A stretch of 64,000 bases of DNA from Candidatus Dormiibacterota bacterium (GTDB lineage Bacteria > Chloroflexota > Dormibacteria > Aeolococcales > Aeolococcaceae): positions 131,631 through 195,630 of the forward strand of contig CAVWRW010000014.1 in assembly GCA_963757475.1 (NCBI GenBank), given 5' to 3'. A program made the translations under genes and the position numbers. This document shows, in pieces, positions 1 to 10,701 of this stretch. Below the pieces are notes generated by a model, which saw only the letters and a list, made by a program, of their open reading frames with translations, searched no databases and was not told the DNA's origin. Numbering within the stretch: position 1 is the stretch's first letter; every line of letters starts with the position of its first letter.

Positions 1-1019
1 CAGAGCTCGAGCGCCTGGAACGAGCCTGGCGTCCTGCCGCCGACGCGATCGCGTTGTGGTTGCCACTCGGGCGCCGGGCCCAGGAAGCCGAGCAGGAAGT
101 CCGGCGGCTCAAGGACGCGGAAGGTTGGTTGAAGGATGCGCATGACGAGCTTCGTGACGAGCGTTTCCGTCCCATCGCCGGCGCGGTGCAGGAGAACTGG
201 ACACAGCTGCGGCAGGACAGCAACGTCTCGCTCGGCGAACTGCGCTTGCTCGGCGCGCAGACGCAGCGCCGCCTCTCGCTCGATGTCAAGGTCGACGGCG
301 AGGACGGATCCGCACTCGGCGTCATGAGCCAGGGTGAGCTGAACTGCCTTGCCCTGTCACTGTTCCTGCCGCGTGCGTCGATGCCGGAATCGCCGTTTCG
401 GTTCGTTGTCATCGACGACCCGGTGCAGGCGATGGACCCGGCCAAGGTCGCGGGCCTCGCGCAGGTGCTGGCGCGTGCCGCGAAGGAGCGCCAGGTGATC
501 GTTCTCACGCACGACACACGCCTCGCGGATGCGATGAGCGCGCTCGACATCCCCGCCACGGTGATCGACGTGGTGCGCCGCGAGCAGTCCGTCGTGGAGT
601 TGCGCCGGATTTCGGATCCGGTGCAGCGCTACATCGAGGACGCCTTCGCTGTTGCAAACAGCAAGGATCTGCCCCCCGAAGCGCTGCGCGTCGTCCCGGG
701 CTTTTGCAGGCTCGCGCTCGAGGCTGCCTCGTCACTTGCGGCGACCCGGCACCTGCTGCACCAGGGCAAGACGTGGGACGAGGTCGACGCGACGCTCAAG
801 AAACCGACGACGCTGAACATGTGGCTGGCGCTCGCGCTGTTGCACGATGCCGACCGCGCCGGTGACGTCACCGGCTACCTTCTGAAGAACTATCCGTGGG
901 CTGTCGACTCCGTCAAGGAGTGCAACCACGGTACCCACAGCGGGAAGGTGTACGGCGACATGCGCGAGTTCATTCGCGGTGTCGAGCAGTTGACGAAAAA
1001 GATGCTCGAGGCGCATTGA
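1..1019 (+). CDS. SMC/Rad50/RecN-type ABC ATPase, C-terminal half (5' end lies outside the window)
   Basis: Frame is open from nt 3 (ELERLERAW...). A charged coiled-coil-like stretch is followed by the signature-like SQGELNCLALSLFLP, Walker B FRFVVIDDPVQAMD and VIVLTHD. A ~130 aa helical C-terminal extension follows; stop at 1017-1019. Confidence 0.75.
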   Translation, partial: ELERLERAWRPAADAIALWLPLGRRAQEAEQEVRRLKDAEGWLKDAHDELRDERFRPIAGAVQENWTQLRQDSNVSLGELRLLGAQTQRRLSLDVKVDGEDGSALGVMSQGELNCLALSLFLPRASMPESPFRFVVIDDPVQAMDPAKVAGLAQVLARAAKERQVIVLTHDTRLADAMSALDIPATVIDVVRREQSVVELRRISDPVQRYIEDAFAVANSKDLPPEALRVVPGFCRLALEAASSLAATRHLLHQGKTWDEVDATLKKPTTLNMWLALALLHDADRAGDVTGYLLKNYPWAVDSVKECNHGTHSGKVYGDMREFIRGVEQLTKKMLEAH

Positions 1020-1020
1020 C

Positions 1021-1413
1021 GTGGCACCGACGCAGGTGGACGCACACACACTCGTGTCGGCGGCGCGCGACCTGATCCGAGATGACGACGCAACGACCGC
1101 GGGGCTGTGGCCTCGTGCGGCAGCGTTGCTCGCGCGCCAGGGGCTCGAGCTTGCGATGGTGCGTCTCTGGCAGGTCACCGCACCCGGCCTGGAACGAACG
1201 CCGACGCGTTGCCAGTTGTTGTGCGTCGGCGACATGCTGAACGATCGAAAGCTGGGAGGGCGCGCGATGTTGACGTGGAACTCCCTGTCCAACGCCTGTC
1301 ACCATCGCGTGTACGAGTTGCCGCCCACAGCGTCGGAGCTGAACCTTGCGCTCGAGAGCGTGTGGGACCTCGCTGAAGCGGTGGAGCGCCTGCGCGGCAA
1401 GATCAAGGCGTAG
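1021..1413 (+). CDS. hypothetical small helical protein, translationally coupled to the upstream ATPase
   Basis: GTG at 1021 lies 1 nt after the ATPase stop. The 130 aa product has protein-like composition. No family recognised. Confidence 0.55.
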   Translation: MAPTQVDAHTLVSAARDLIRDDDATTAGLWPRAAALLARQGLELAMVRLWQVTAPGLERTPTRCQLLCVGDMLNDRKLGGRAMLTWNSLSNACHHRVYELPPTASELNLALESVWDLAEAVERLRGKIKA

Positions 1414-1511
1414 GCCGCGGGCGCTCGAAATCCGCGACAGCCATCTGTCGCGCCCGCACTCGACACTCATCGCTGGAGATCCGTGGCGGGGTAGCGAAGT
1501 GAGGAAAAGCG

Positions 1512-2784
1512 ATGCTCAGGAAGGTGGAACCCATCACCCTCGGCTGCGACGTTCGCATCGAGGGCGACAACATCGCCGTCACGGGTCTCTCTCTACGCGA
1601 CGCCGATCTGGCGTTGTACGTGGGCGAGCATCCGGCGGTTGACCGCCCGGCGGTCGTGGAGCGTGGGCTCAAGGTCGGCCTGATCGCGCTACGCAATGCC
1701 GGCGTGACGATCAACGTGGATTTCGTCGCGCGTGAATTCGACAGGCTCATGCACCGCACCGATGAGTTCCACGATCGGGCGGCGGTCGCGCTCGACTCCG
1801 CGTTGCGTGAGACCTTCGCGGCGAAGGACGGCACGCTCCCGCGCACCCTCGAGCAGTTCCTCGGCAAGGACGGAACGTTGCGCAGGCTCGTCGACGACCT
1901 CTTCGACGAGGAGCGCCGCGACAGCGCGATCGGCCGCATGCGCACGCTGCTCGCCGGCTACTTCGACGGCGACGGAGCCATCATCAGCCGGATGCTCGAT
2001 CCGCGACTCGCAGGCAGTCCGCTGCACGGGTTCCGCACCGAGATGCGCGAGATGTTGAAGGACGTCAGCGATCGACTGATCCGACTCGAGGCCGCTCGTG
2101 ACGCGCGCGCCGATGAGCGCCAGAAGGGCACCGCAAAGGGGCTCGATTTCGAGGACGCGGTGGAGGCGCGTCTCGCTGCGCTGCTGCGGGGTACGGGCGA
2201 TCTCGTGGAGCCCACCGGGACCGCGGTCGGCAACAGCGTGCGCAGCCGCAAGGGTGACTTCCTCATCACGCTGGATCCGTCGTGGACTCGCGGTGTCCCG
2301 GTGTGCGTCGCCGTCGAGGCGAAGAGCGGACGCGTCGGTCTGTCCAAGCTCTGCCGCGACCTGGATGAGAACTCGGCGTAACCGCGGCGCGGCAATCGCC
2401 GTCGCCGTCTACCGGGCGGGCAATGCGCCGTCCGGATGCGCACCCTTCACGCTGCACGGCGAGCACATCATCTGCGAGTTCGATCCGGACGATCCCGACG
2501 ACACCGCGTTCACGGCGGCCGTGCGGCTCGGGCGCGCGCTCGCGCTGTCCGCCGCGCGTGAGCACGCGGACGTCGTTGACGCGGCGGCGGTGCGACGTGA
2601 TCTCGATGGCATCCGCGCGCAGCTCAATGCGATTGCCGGCATGAAGTCGAAGCTCACGTCGATCTCGACCGCGACCGGCGATGTTCGCAATAGTCTCGAC
2701 GCGCTGCGCCAGGGCGTCCTCGATCGGGTCATGTCGATCGAAGGCAACGTGGCCGATGTGACCGGTCACGCGGAGGTAGCCTGA
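1512..2784 (+). CDS. coiled-coil protein with PD-(D/E)xK nuclease-fold core; reading frame switches +1 near 2365-2381
   Basis: GAGGAA Shine-Dalgarno sits before ATG 1512. Motifs KGLDFEDAVEARL, GDFLITLD and VAVEAKSG give a D...ExK arrangement. The ORF stops at 2381, but a protein-like continuation (NRGAAIAVAVY...) runs in the +1 frame from 2365 to 2784. Confidence 0.6.
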
Positions 2785-3464
2785 TGCACGTCGACGACGT
2801 GCGGCGTGCGGTGACGCAGCTCATGCAGTGTTTCCTCGATAGCGCGCTCGAAACGCAGTTCGTCATCCTCGAGAACGTTGATGTGGGCGACGAGTTCGTG
2901 CAGTTCAAGCTGAACCACCGCATCCTCTACGGCGAAGTGGGTTCCCGTGAGTGGGCTGCGCCCGATGAGCGACGTCCGCTCGATGCAGATGCACAAGCGC
3001 GGCTCGCCGCCCTTGGGTTCACCCACGGCGGTCCGGAGCGCAATTTCATCTGCGACAACCTTGCGCAAAGCGCACCGTACCTGGCGGATCTATACCTCCG
3101 ACTGGCGGTTGCGGCCTACGGAGCAGTTCCTGAACGCTTGTCGGTGAGGAGCAACGTCGACGCGGTCCGCCGGCTCGCGGGCCCGCTGGCACGGATGCCG
3201 GGGTTCAGCTGGCCCGCAGCCGACCCCGGCCGGCACGAATTGCTGCGCACGACACCGGTCACGTCATCATCGTCGGGATTGAAATTCCGAGCCGAGCGTG
3301 CGTTGCGCAGCAACTTCGCCGAGATCGGTTCAACGTCCGAGGAGCTCGAGGCGCTGCGTCATGAGGTCGAGGCGGCGGGGTCATTCGACGCGCTCCCCGA
3401 GTGGGCGCAGGACTGGATCCGCAAGGCCGAGGAAGGTCCTCTCTGGGTAGTGCTCGGGCGCTGA
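2784..3464 (+). CDS. hypothetical protein, N-terminal YbjN/TY-Chap-like region suspected
   Basis: ATG overlaps the upstream stop (TGATG at 2782-2786). The segment FVQFKLNHRILYGEVGS...LAALGFTH resembles YbjN-like chaperone/sensor domains as remembered; no search was done. Confidence 0.5.
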   Translation: MHVDDVRRAVTQLMQCFLDSALETQFVILENVDVGDEFVQFKLNHRILYGEVGSREWAAPDERRPLDADAQARLAALGFTHGGPERNFICDNLAQSAPYLADLYLRLAVAAYGAVPERLSVRSNVDAVRRLAGPLARMPGFSWPAADPGRHELLRTTPVTSSSSGLKFRAERALRSNFAEIGSTSEELEALRHEVEAAGSFDALPEWAQDWIRKAEEGPLWVVLGR

Positions 3465-3475
3465 ACTTCGGGACG

Positions 3476-4942
3476 TCAGACGGTCGCCGCGCGCCGGACG
3501 CCGTCGGCGAACGCGGGTGACGGCCGGTGACCGAGCGCGCTTTCCACGGTCGACAGCGCCTCATCAACTGGCATCCCGTGATGGCGAGCGAGAAAGGTCG
3601 CGGCGACGGTCGGCGTGCGGTTTTCGGCAACGACGCAGTGCACGTACACCTTGTGCCCGCCGGCTGCGCGAGCAGCGATGAAGTCCGCCGTGTCGGCGAG
3701 GACGAAGGCGAGGTTCGGATTGTCCTTGGCACCGCTGTCGATGAGGCCGATGACGCGGTGCTCGGTCCGGTCCGGGACGTCCTTGGTCCCCATGCGACAC
3801 AACGACACGACAACATCCGCGCCGCCGTGCAACGCCGCGTCGAGCCCTGCGACACCACCGAACTGGACGCCCCCGAGCTCTACCGTCGCCGGCCGGGCGG
3901 AGAACTGCTCGAGGTAGTGCGGAATCAGATGGACGCGGCCGGGCCAACCGTTCGGATCGGATTTGCCGCCCCTCGCAGCGCGTCGTGCCATGGCGTCGAG
4001 GTCGGCCGCGCGAAGATCGGGCCGCCCGTACAGGCGCTTGCCGCGCAGCATCGTCGTCCATTCGAGCGGCAGAGCGGTCGCCCCCCAGCGCGCACCGAGG
4101 AGCGCGCCCGCGATGGCACCCACGGTGTCGGTGTCGCCGCCCGATCGGACGGCAGCGCCGATGGCACTGACGAGGTGCTCGCAGGGTGCCGCACCGCTCG
4201 GGATCGGCGTCCGAACGATCGCGGACAGCGCAGTCTGGAATGCGTGAATCACCCAGCCGTTGTTCTCATGGAAATCGACGCAGGGACGCTCGCACGCTTC
4301 ATCGATGAGCTGGGTCCACCAGGAACGCCGCGCTTTCGGGACGTGAACGAGCGCGCTGCGTACGGCTTCGGCGAAGTCCCACGGCTCGTCAGAACCAGGC
4401 GCAGCGTGAATCGTGTGGTCGATCGCCACGGCCCAGATGACGCTCGCGTCCAGACAATCGATGTGCGTGTGCGTGAGCTCAGTGGTGGCGCGAGCGTACG
4501 CAGCAATCTGGTCGGGGTGATTCTGATATGAGAGCGCGGCCGGTCCAATACGCATCAACGCGCCGTTCGGCGCGTTGTCTGGCCGCGTGCGCTGAAACGC
4601 CGCCGCCGACTCGCGCAATGGCGATCCAGAACTGAGCACGGCGCTCGTCTGGGTGCCGACATCCTTGGGTCGGCTGGCGAACCACGCGAGGAAGTCTTCT
4701 TCGACAGCCTCGATCCGACGATTCCCGGCGGCGAGCGGCGACAGGATGGCGAGTGCCATCTGGGTGACATCTGTCCACTCGCCGGGCTTCCAGGCGTAGA
4801 TGCCGCCGCCGGTCATGCGCAGTTCGGCGGTTTCAGCAAGGGGTCCGCGGAACTCATGCGGCGCGCCGAGCGCGTCCCCCGCGGCCGAGGCGAGCACGAC
4901 CCCCGCGGAGCGATCGGCGACGACGGGGTCAGTCGGCGTCAT
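3476..4942 (-). CDS. ADP-ribosylglycohydrolase (ARH/DraG family) fused to a CX5R protein-tyrosine/dual-specificity phosphatase-like domain
   Basis: ARH motifs AAGDALGAPHEF, GEWTDVTQMA and SGGDTDTVGAIAGALLGARWG. The C-terminal ~150 aa carry VYVHCVVAENRTP (HCX5R(T) P-loop). The 488 aa ORF is uninterrupted. Confidence 0.8.
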   Translation of the reverse strand: MTPTDPVVADRSAGVVLASAAGDALGAPHEFRGPLAETAELRMTGGGIYAWKPGEWTDVTQMALAILSPLAAGNRRIEAVEEDFLAWFASRPKDVGTQTSAVLSSGSPLRESAAAFQRTRPDNAPNGALMRIGPAALSYQNHPDQIAAYARATTELTHTHIDCLDASVIWAVAIDHTIHAAPGSDEPWDFAEAVRSALVHVPKARRSWWTQLIDEACERPCVDFHENNGWVIHAFQTALSAIVRTPIPSGAAPCEHLVSAIGAAVRSGGDTDTVGAIAGALLGARWGATALPLEWTTMLRGKRLYGRPDLRAADLDAMARRAARGGKSDPNGWPGRVHLIPHYLEQFSARPATVELGGVQFGGVAGLDAALHGGADVVVSLCRMGTKDVPDRTEHRVIGLIDSGAKDNPNLAFVLADTADFIAARAAGGHKVYVHCVVAENRTPTVAATFLARHHGMPVDEALSTVESALGHRPSPAFADGVRRAATV

Positions 4943-5166
4943 GCGGAGACGCGGACGGCAATCACGTGTGTCACTGAGATACGCCGCAGGAGCGACACAT
5001 GGCTGTCGCTCGAAAACCGCGGGAACTCAGCGGGTTCGGCGGAACTCCGCGTGACGTGAAGGTCGGCAAGGGATCGACGTAGTCGAGGTCCATCTGACGT
5101 CGGTCGGAACTATGCCACTCGTTTGTAGGGTCTGTTGGAAGGTGCTGCCGCCCCACCCAGCCGCCT

Positions 5167-5216
5167 TAGCACTCGCCCCGGCCACCCGCTAGCAGTCCAA
5201 CGAGCCGAGTGCTAAA
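5167..5216 (+). promoter_or_regulatory. CIRCE (HrcA operator) arms upstream of groEL, atypical overlapping tandem arrangement
   Basis: Perfect TTAGCACTC at 5167-5175 and perfect GAGTGCTAA at 5208-5216. Degenerate partner arms ACCCGCTAG (5185-5193) and CTAGCAGTC (5190-5198) are each spaced N9 from a perfect arm. Confidence 0.75.
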
Positions 5217-5260
5217 CTGTCCCCTGGAACCCAAGGCTAGAGGACATACCAGGAGGAACC

Positions 5261-6871
<1,611 letters not shown>

Positions 6872-6895
6872 TCAGCAACTGATCGATTTCCGAAA

Positions 6896-6934
6896 GGGCG
6901 GTCCGGGCGAGAGCTCGGGCCGCTCTTTCTTTTT
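6896..6934 (+). terminator. intrinsic terminator after groEL
   Basis: GGGCGGTCC (6896-6904) pairs with GGGCCGCTC (6917-6925), including two G-U pairs. It is followed by TTTCTTTTT. Confidence 0.7.
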
Positions 6935-7022
6935 GCCTTCGCTCGTTCTCAGGCAATGGGCGCCTCGTGTGTGCGACGCTCCGGTTGTCCGCTTGAGGAC
7001 GAAAGAGAAGGGGAAGTAGTTC

Positions 7023-8826
7023 GTGCCAGGGTTTCGGATCGGTGGCATCGTTCGCGGTTCGTCGGTTGGTGCGCTGGTTGCCGTCGCTGCGCTTGGTCTG
7101 GCGCAGCCAGCGGGTGTACAAGCGGGGCATCTGCATGCCTCGGCCAACGGGTGTGCGTCGACTCCGGGAATCAAGCCGCTGATTCGTGGTCATCGTGGAC
7201 CGAAGTGTTGCACCGCCGGCGGCAGGGCTTGACGCCAGCTCGATCAACGTCGACTGGAGCAGCTCGAACGACAACGGGCCAGGCCTTGTTGCCGACAACC
7301 CGATTGATCGGGGCGACGCGGCTTCGGGCTGCACGCCGCTTCGCATTCGGGTGCTCGCCGGCATCGCAACACCCGATTGGGTTACGGCCATGACCGGCTC
7401 GGTAGACGTGACGAACCCATACAGCGATCCACGCCGGGGATTGCCGGTGCAGTTCTGGACCCGGCGTACGAGACGCTTTACGACAAGCTGGAATCCGAAC
7501 TGGCGACTGCGCTACGAGGGAATCCCGAATGTCGTGGAGTTCGTGGTCTCCCGTTGCGCGCTCTTCTACCCGGAGCCGTTCATTCTGGGTACGTCGATCG
7601 CGACCAACGATACGAATCTCCTAGCGGCTGGGTTATACCGAGGACGCTGGTCAGGCGTGCGAGCAGGAAGAGATCGACACTGCGAACGCGGACTGGCCGA
7701 CGACGCGGATCGGCGTGTCATTCAACCCGTACCAGACACTGGTGCCTGCGACGAACAGCAAGGGCTACACGACCGGGACCGACGAGGCCTACACCGAGCA
7801 GATGATGACGTACTGCCGCTCAACGCTCGGACAGCGGTGCGTCCTCGAGAACAACTCAATCCGTGACCCGATCTCTGCGGTCGGCGGGACGCAGCCGTAC
7901 TACGGACGAGATGTACGCGGCGATGAGCGCACTCGGCGCTCCAATCGCGTTCCAGACCGCCACCGCCTCAGGGATCGGTGATTTCTGGGGCACGTTGGAG
8001 TGGGCGGCACAACAGCACGCAGCATCAGTGGAACTGCCGCTTGATGGCACGTATCCGACGGCCGGCGGCACGGGTGCGCCCGCGTGGCAGACGCTCCCCG
8101 AGGTCTCGCAGTGGTTCCAGGGCACTCCAGCCTTCAGCGGCGAACCCAGTCAGCGCAACTCAAGGAACCTCAACCGCTGGTGATGCAGTCGGCACGGTCA
8201 CCCTCAACGAGCTCGCCGCATACGACACACAGGTCCCGTACGGCGACGTCGGATCGGTTCCCTTCGATGCTGTTTCCGCGGTGATCACGTGGCCGAACGG
8301 CGCGGTCCAACCTGGGCTCGTCTCGCTCGGCACCGGTACGCCAGCGTCGTCGGTCATCTGCGGCGACGCCGCCACTTGCACTGTCACGGTCTTCAGCGGC
8401 GGCTACACCTTCCCCGAGCTCCCCGTTTCTGGTGCTGGGTCAGTCGCGATCACGCTCGCGAACAACGGCGTCACCTACACGCCGGCTGACGGCGTGGATA
8501 TCGTCGGGACGTTCCCCGTGACGGTGTCGCCGGCGCCGCTCACCCTGAAGACCTTCGCAGTGACTCCGGCCAAGTCCTCCCCAACCGTCAAGCTCGCGGC
8601 AACGTTCTCAGACGCCGACCCGCTCGGCGTCGCCGCGGATTACACGATCAAGGTGATGTGGGGTGACGGCACATCGTCCACCATCGCGGCCACGGCGGCG
8701 AGCAAGGACTTCTCTGTGTCGGCGACACACCACTACAAGCGCGCCGGCAAGGACATCGTGACGATCACGATCACCGACACCGGCGGTGCGACCGTCTCGG
8801 GAAGCCGGACGATCACCGTCCGCTGA
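7023..8826 (+). pseudogene. secreted protein with C-terminal PKD-like domain, broken by at least five frameshifts
   Basis: N-terminal signal-like VGALVAVAALGLAQPAG. Protein-like segments continue through ORFs 7023, 7186, 7377, 7715, 7863 and 7978 in different frames. The last 90 aa (YTIKVMWGDGTSS...HHYKRAGKDIVTITITDTGGA) look PKD-like. Confidence 0.55.
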
Positions 8827-8939
8827 CGCCCGGCGATATGTGACCGGATCAACGATTCGCAACAACCCAGCGACAGACGAATCGACGCGAGGGTGTGGCG
8901 GGTAGATTCGAGCCGCCCACCCACAGTCGAGGTATTTCC

Positions 8940-9485
8940 ATGAGCGACGTCGCGCCCGACAACTCCTTCGGTGAGTCCATTGGCGAGGGTTTCCTGCATG
9001 TCACAGGGATCGGCAGCCGGCTCGTCAAGCGTGAAGCGGCCGAGGAGCAGCTGGACGCCGTCGATGACAAGATGCTCGGCGACCTGGACCGCGAGTTCCA
9101 CGAGCGGGGCGAGGACGCGGTGCCCGGCCTCGACCTCAGCGCCGTGACCAAGGTCGACCCGGAATTCAGCGCCGACGCCTTCCTGCTGATCGCGCGGGAC
9201 ACCTTCCGGTTCATGCAGGACGCCAAGACCCAGGGCGCTCCTTCGCTCGATGCGGACATCTCGTCCGCTGAGGTGACGGCTGCGACCGTTGTCAACGGAC
9301 TGGAGCATGCCGTCGTCCGTTTCGGGATCATCGGCGACGCTGCGCCCATCACCCAGGACTGGACCTTCGAACGCGATCCGAGTGGCGATACGACCGTTGA
9401 CGACGAGCAGCACGAGGTCGCCGATGGCGGCTGGACGGTTGCGCATCGCGGCTGGCGCCTGACGGGGATTGCAACCGCCGCGTAA
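8940..9485 (+). CDS. hypothetical protein (possible Tim44-like domain)
   Basis: ATG at 8940 within ORF 8895-9485. The EFSADAFLLIARDTFRFMQDA segment resembles Tim44-like domains as remembered. Confidence 0.45.
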   Translation: MSDVAPDNSFGESIGEGFLHVTGIGSRLVKREAAEEQLDAVDDKMLGDLDREFHERGEDAVPGLDLSAVTKVDPEFSADAFLLIARDTFRFMQDAKTQGAPSLDADISSAEVTAATVVNGLEHAVVRFGIIGDAAPITQDWTFERDPSGDTTVDDEQHEVADGGWTVAHRGWRLTGIATAA

Positions 9486-9501
9486 GGCAGCTTCGGGCAT
9501 C

Positions 9502-10701
9502 ATGGGCGGCTTGTTCATGATGGGCAACGTCCGCCTTCCCGGTCCGTTCTCGCGGATCCCTCTCGCCTGGATCATCGCCGTGATCCTGTTCGTCTTCGCC
9601 GGGATTGTTCTGGCCACCCACGGCAAGACCGAGGAGGCTGTGATCCTTGCGGTCATCGGCGTGCTGCTCGTCATTCGCGGGGCCTTCGTGTTCAACGCCA
9701 GACGTGACGACGGTCCTGAAGTTCAGATCACAGCAACACCACTCCCGACCGCTGCGCCCGTCCCACCGGCCAGGCCGGAGGTGCCGACGACCGTCATCGA
9801 GGCCAGGGAACTCTCCAAGCGATACGACTCGATCGTCGCGGTCGACAGCGTCAGCTTCTCAGTCCAGCGCGGCGAGATCTTCGGGCTGCTCGGGCCCAAC
9901 GGTGCCGGCAAGTCCACGACGCTCGAGATGCTCGAGGGCTTGCGCGACATCGACTCGGGGACGGCGCTCGTTCTCGGCACCGACATCCGGCACGATGCGA
10001 CCGCTGTCAAACGGCGTATCGGCGTGCAGTTGCAGGCGACTGCGCTGCCGAGCTTCACCACCGTCGCGGAATCGATCGACCTGTTTCGCGCCTTCTACGA
10101 TCACACACGTGCCACGGCCGAGCTCCTCGAGGAATTCGACCTCGTCGCGCAGGCAAACCAGATCACCACAAAGCTGAGTGGCGGCCAGCAACAACGGTTG
10201 AGCATCGCGCTCGCGATGGTCAACGACCCCGACGTCGTCTTCCTCGACGAGCCGACGACCGGTCTCGATCCGCAGGCTCGGATCTCGCTCTGGGATTTCA
10301 TCGAGCGCTTTCGAGCGCGCGGCAAGACGGTGATGCTCACGACGCACTACATGGAAGAAGCGGAACGCCTCTGCGATCGCGTCGCGGTGATGGACCTGGG
10401 CCACGTGGTTGCGCTGGACACACCCGACGGCCTTGTCGCGCAGTACGGGCCTGGCACCACGATCACCTTCTCCAGCAACAGCGCCGATGTGAACGGGATG
10501 CGCGCGCTCAAGGGCGTCGACTTTGCCGACGTCGATGGCGTCTTCGTTCGCATCGGCACCCATGCACCGGAGTCCGTCCTCGCGCAGTTGCTCCGTCCTG
10601 ACGACGGTGGCGGCGCCGCCGACGTGACCAACCTCAGGGTCGAGCGCGGCACGCTCGAAGACGTGTTCCTCGCGATCACCGGGCGGGCGTTGCGCGAATG
10701 A
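9502..10701 (+). CDS. ABC transporter ATP-binding protein with N-terminal two-TM extension
   Basis: Walker A GPNGAGKST, signature LSGGQQQRL, Walker B VVFLDEPTTGLD. Start at ATG 9502 chosen over the TTG at 9469. Confidence 0.85.
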   Translation: MGGLFMMGNVRLPGPFSRIPLAWIIAVILFVFAGIVLATHGKTEEAVILAVIGVLLVIRGAFVFNARRDDGPEVQITATPLPTAAPVPPARPEVPTTVIEARELSKRYDSIVAVDSVSFSVQRGEIFGLLGPNGAGKSTTLEMLEGLRDIDSGTALVLGTDIRHDATAVKRRIGVQLQATALPSFTTVAESIDLFRAFYDHTRATAELLEEFDLVAQANQITTKLSGGQQQRLSIALAMVNDPDVVFLDEPTTGLDPQARISLWDFIERFRARGKTVMLTTHYMEEAERLCDRVAVMDLGHVVALDTPDGLVAQYGPGTTITFSSNSADVNGMRALKGVDFADVDGVFVRIGTHAPESVLAQLLRPDDGGGAADVTNLRVERGTLEDVFLAITGRALRE

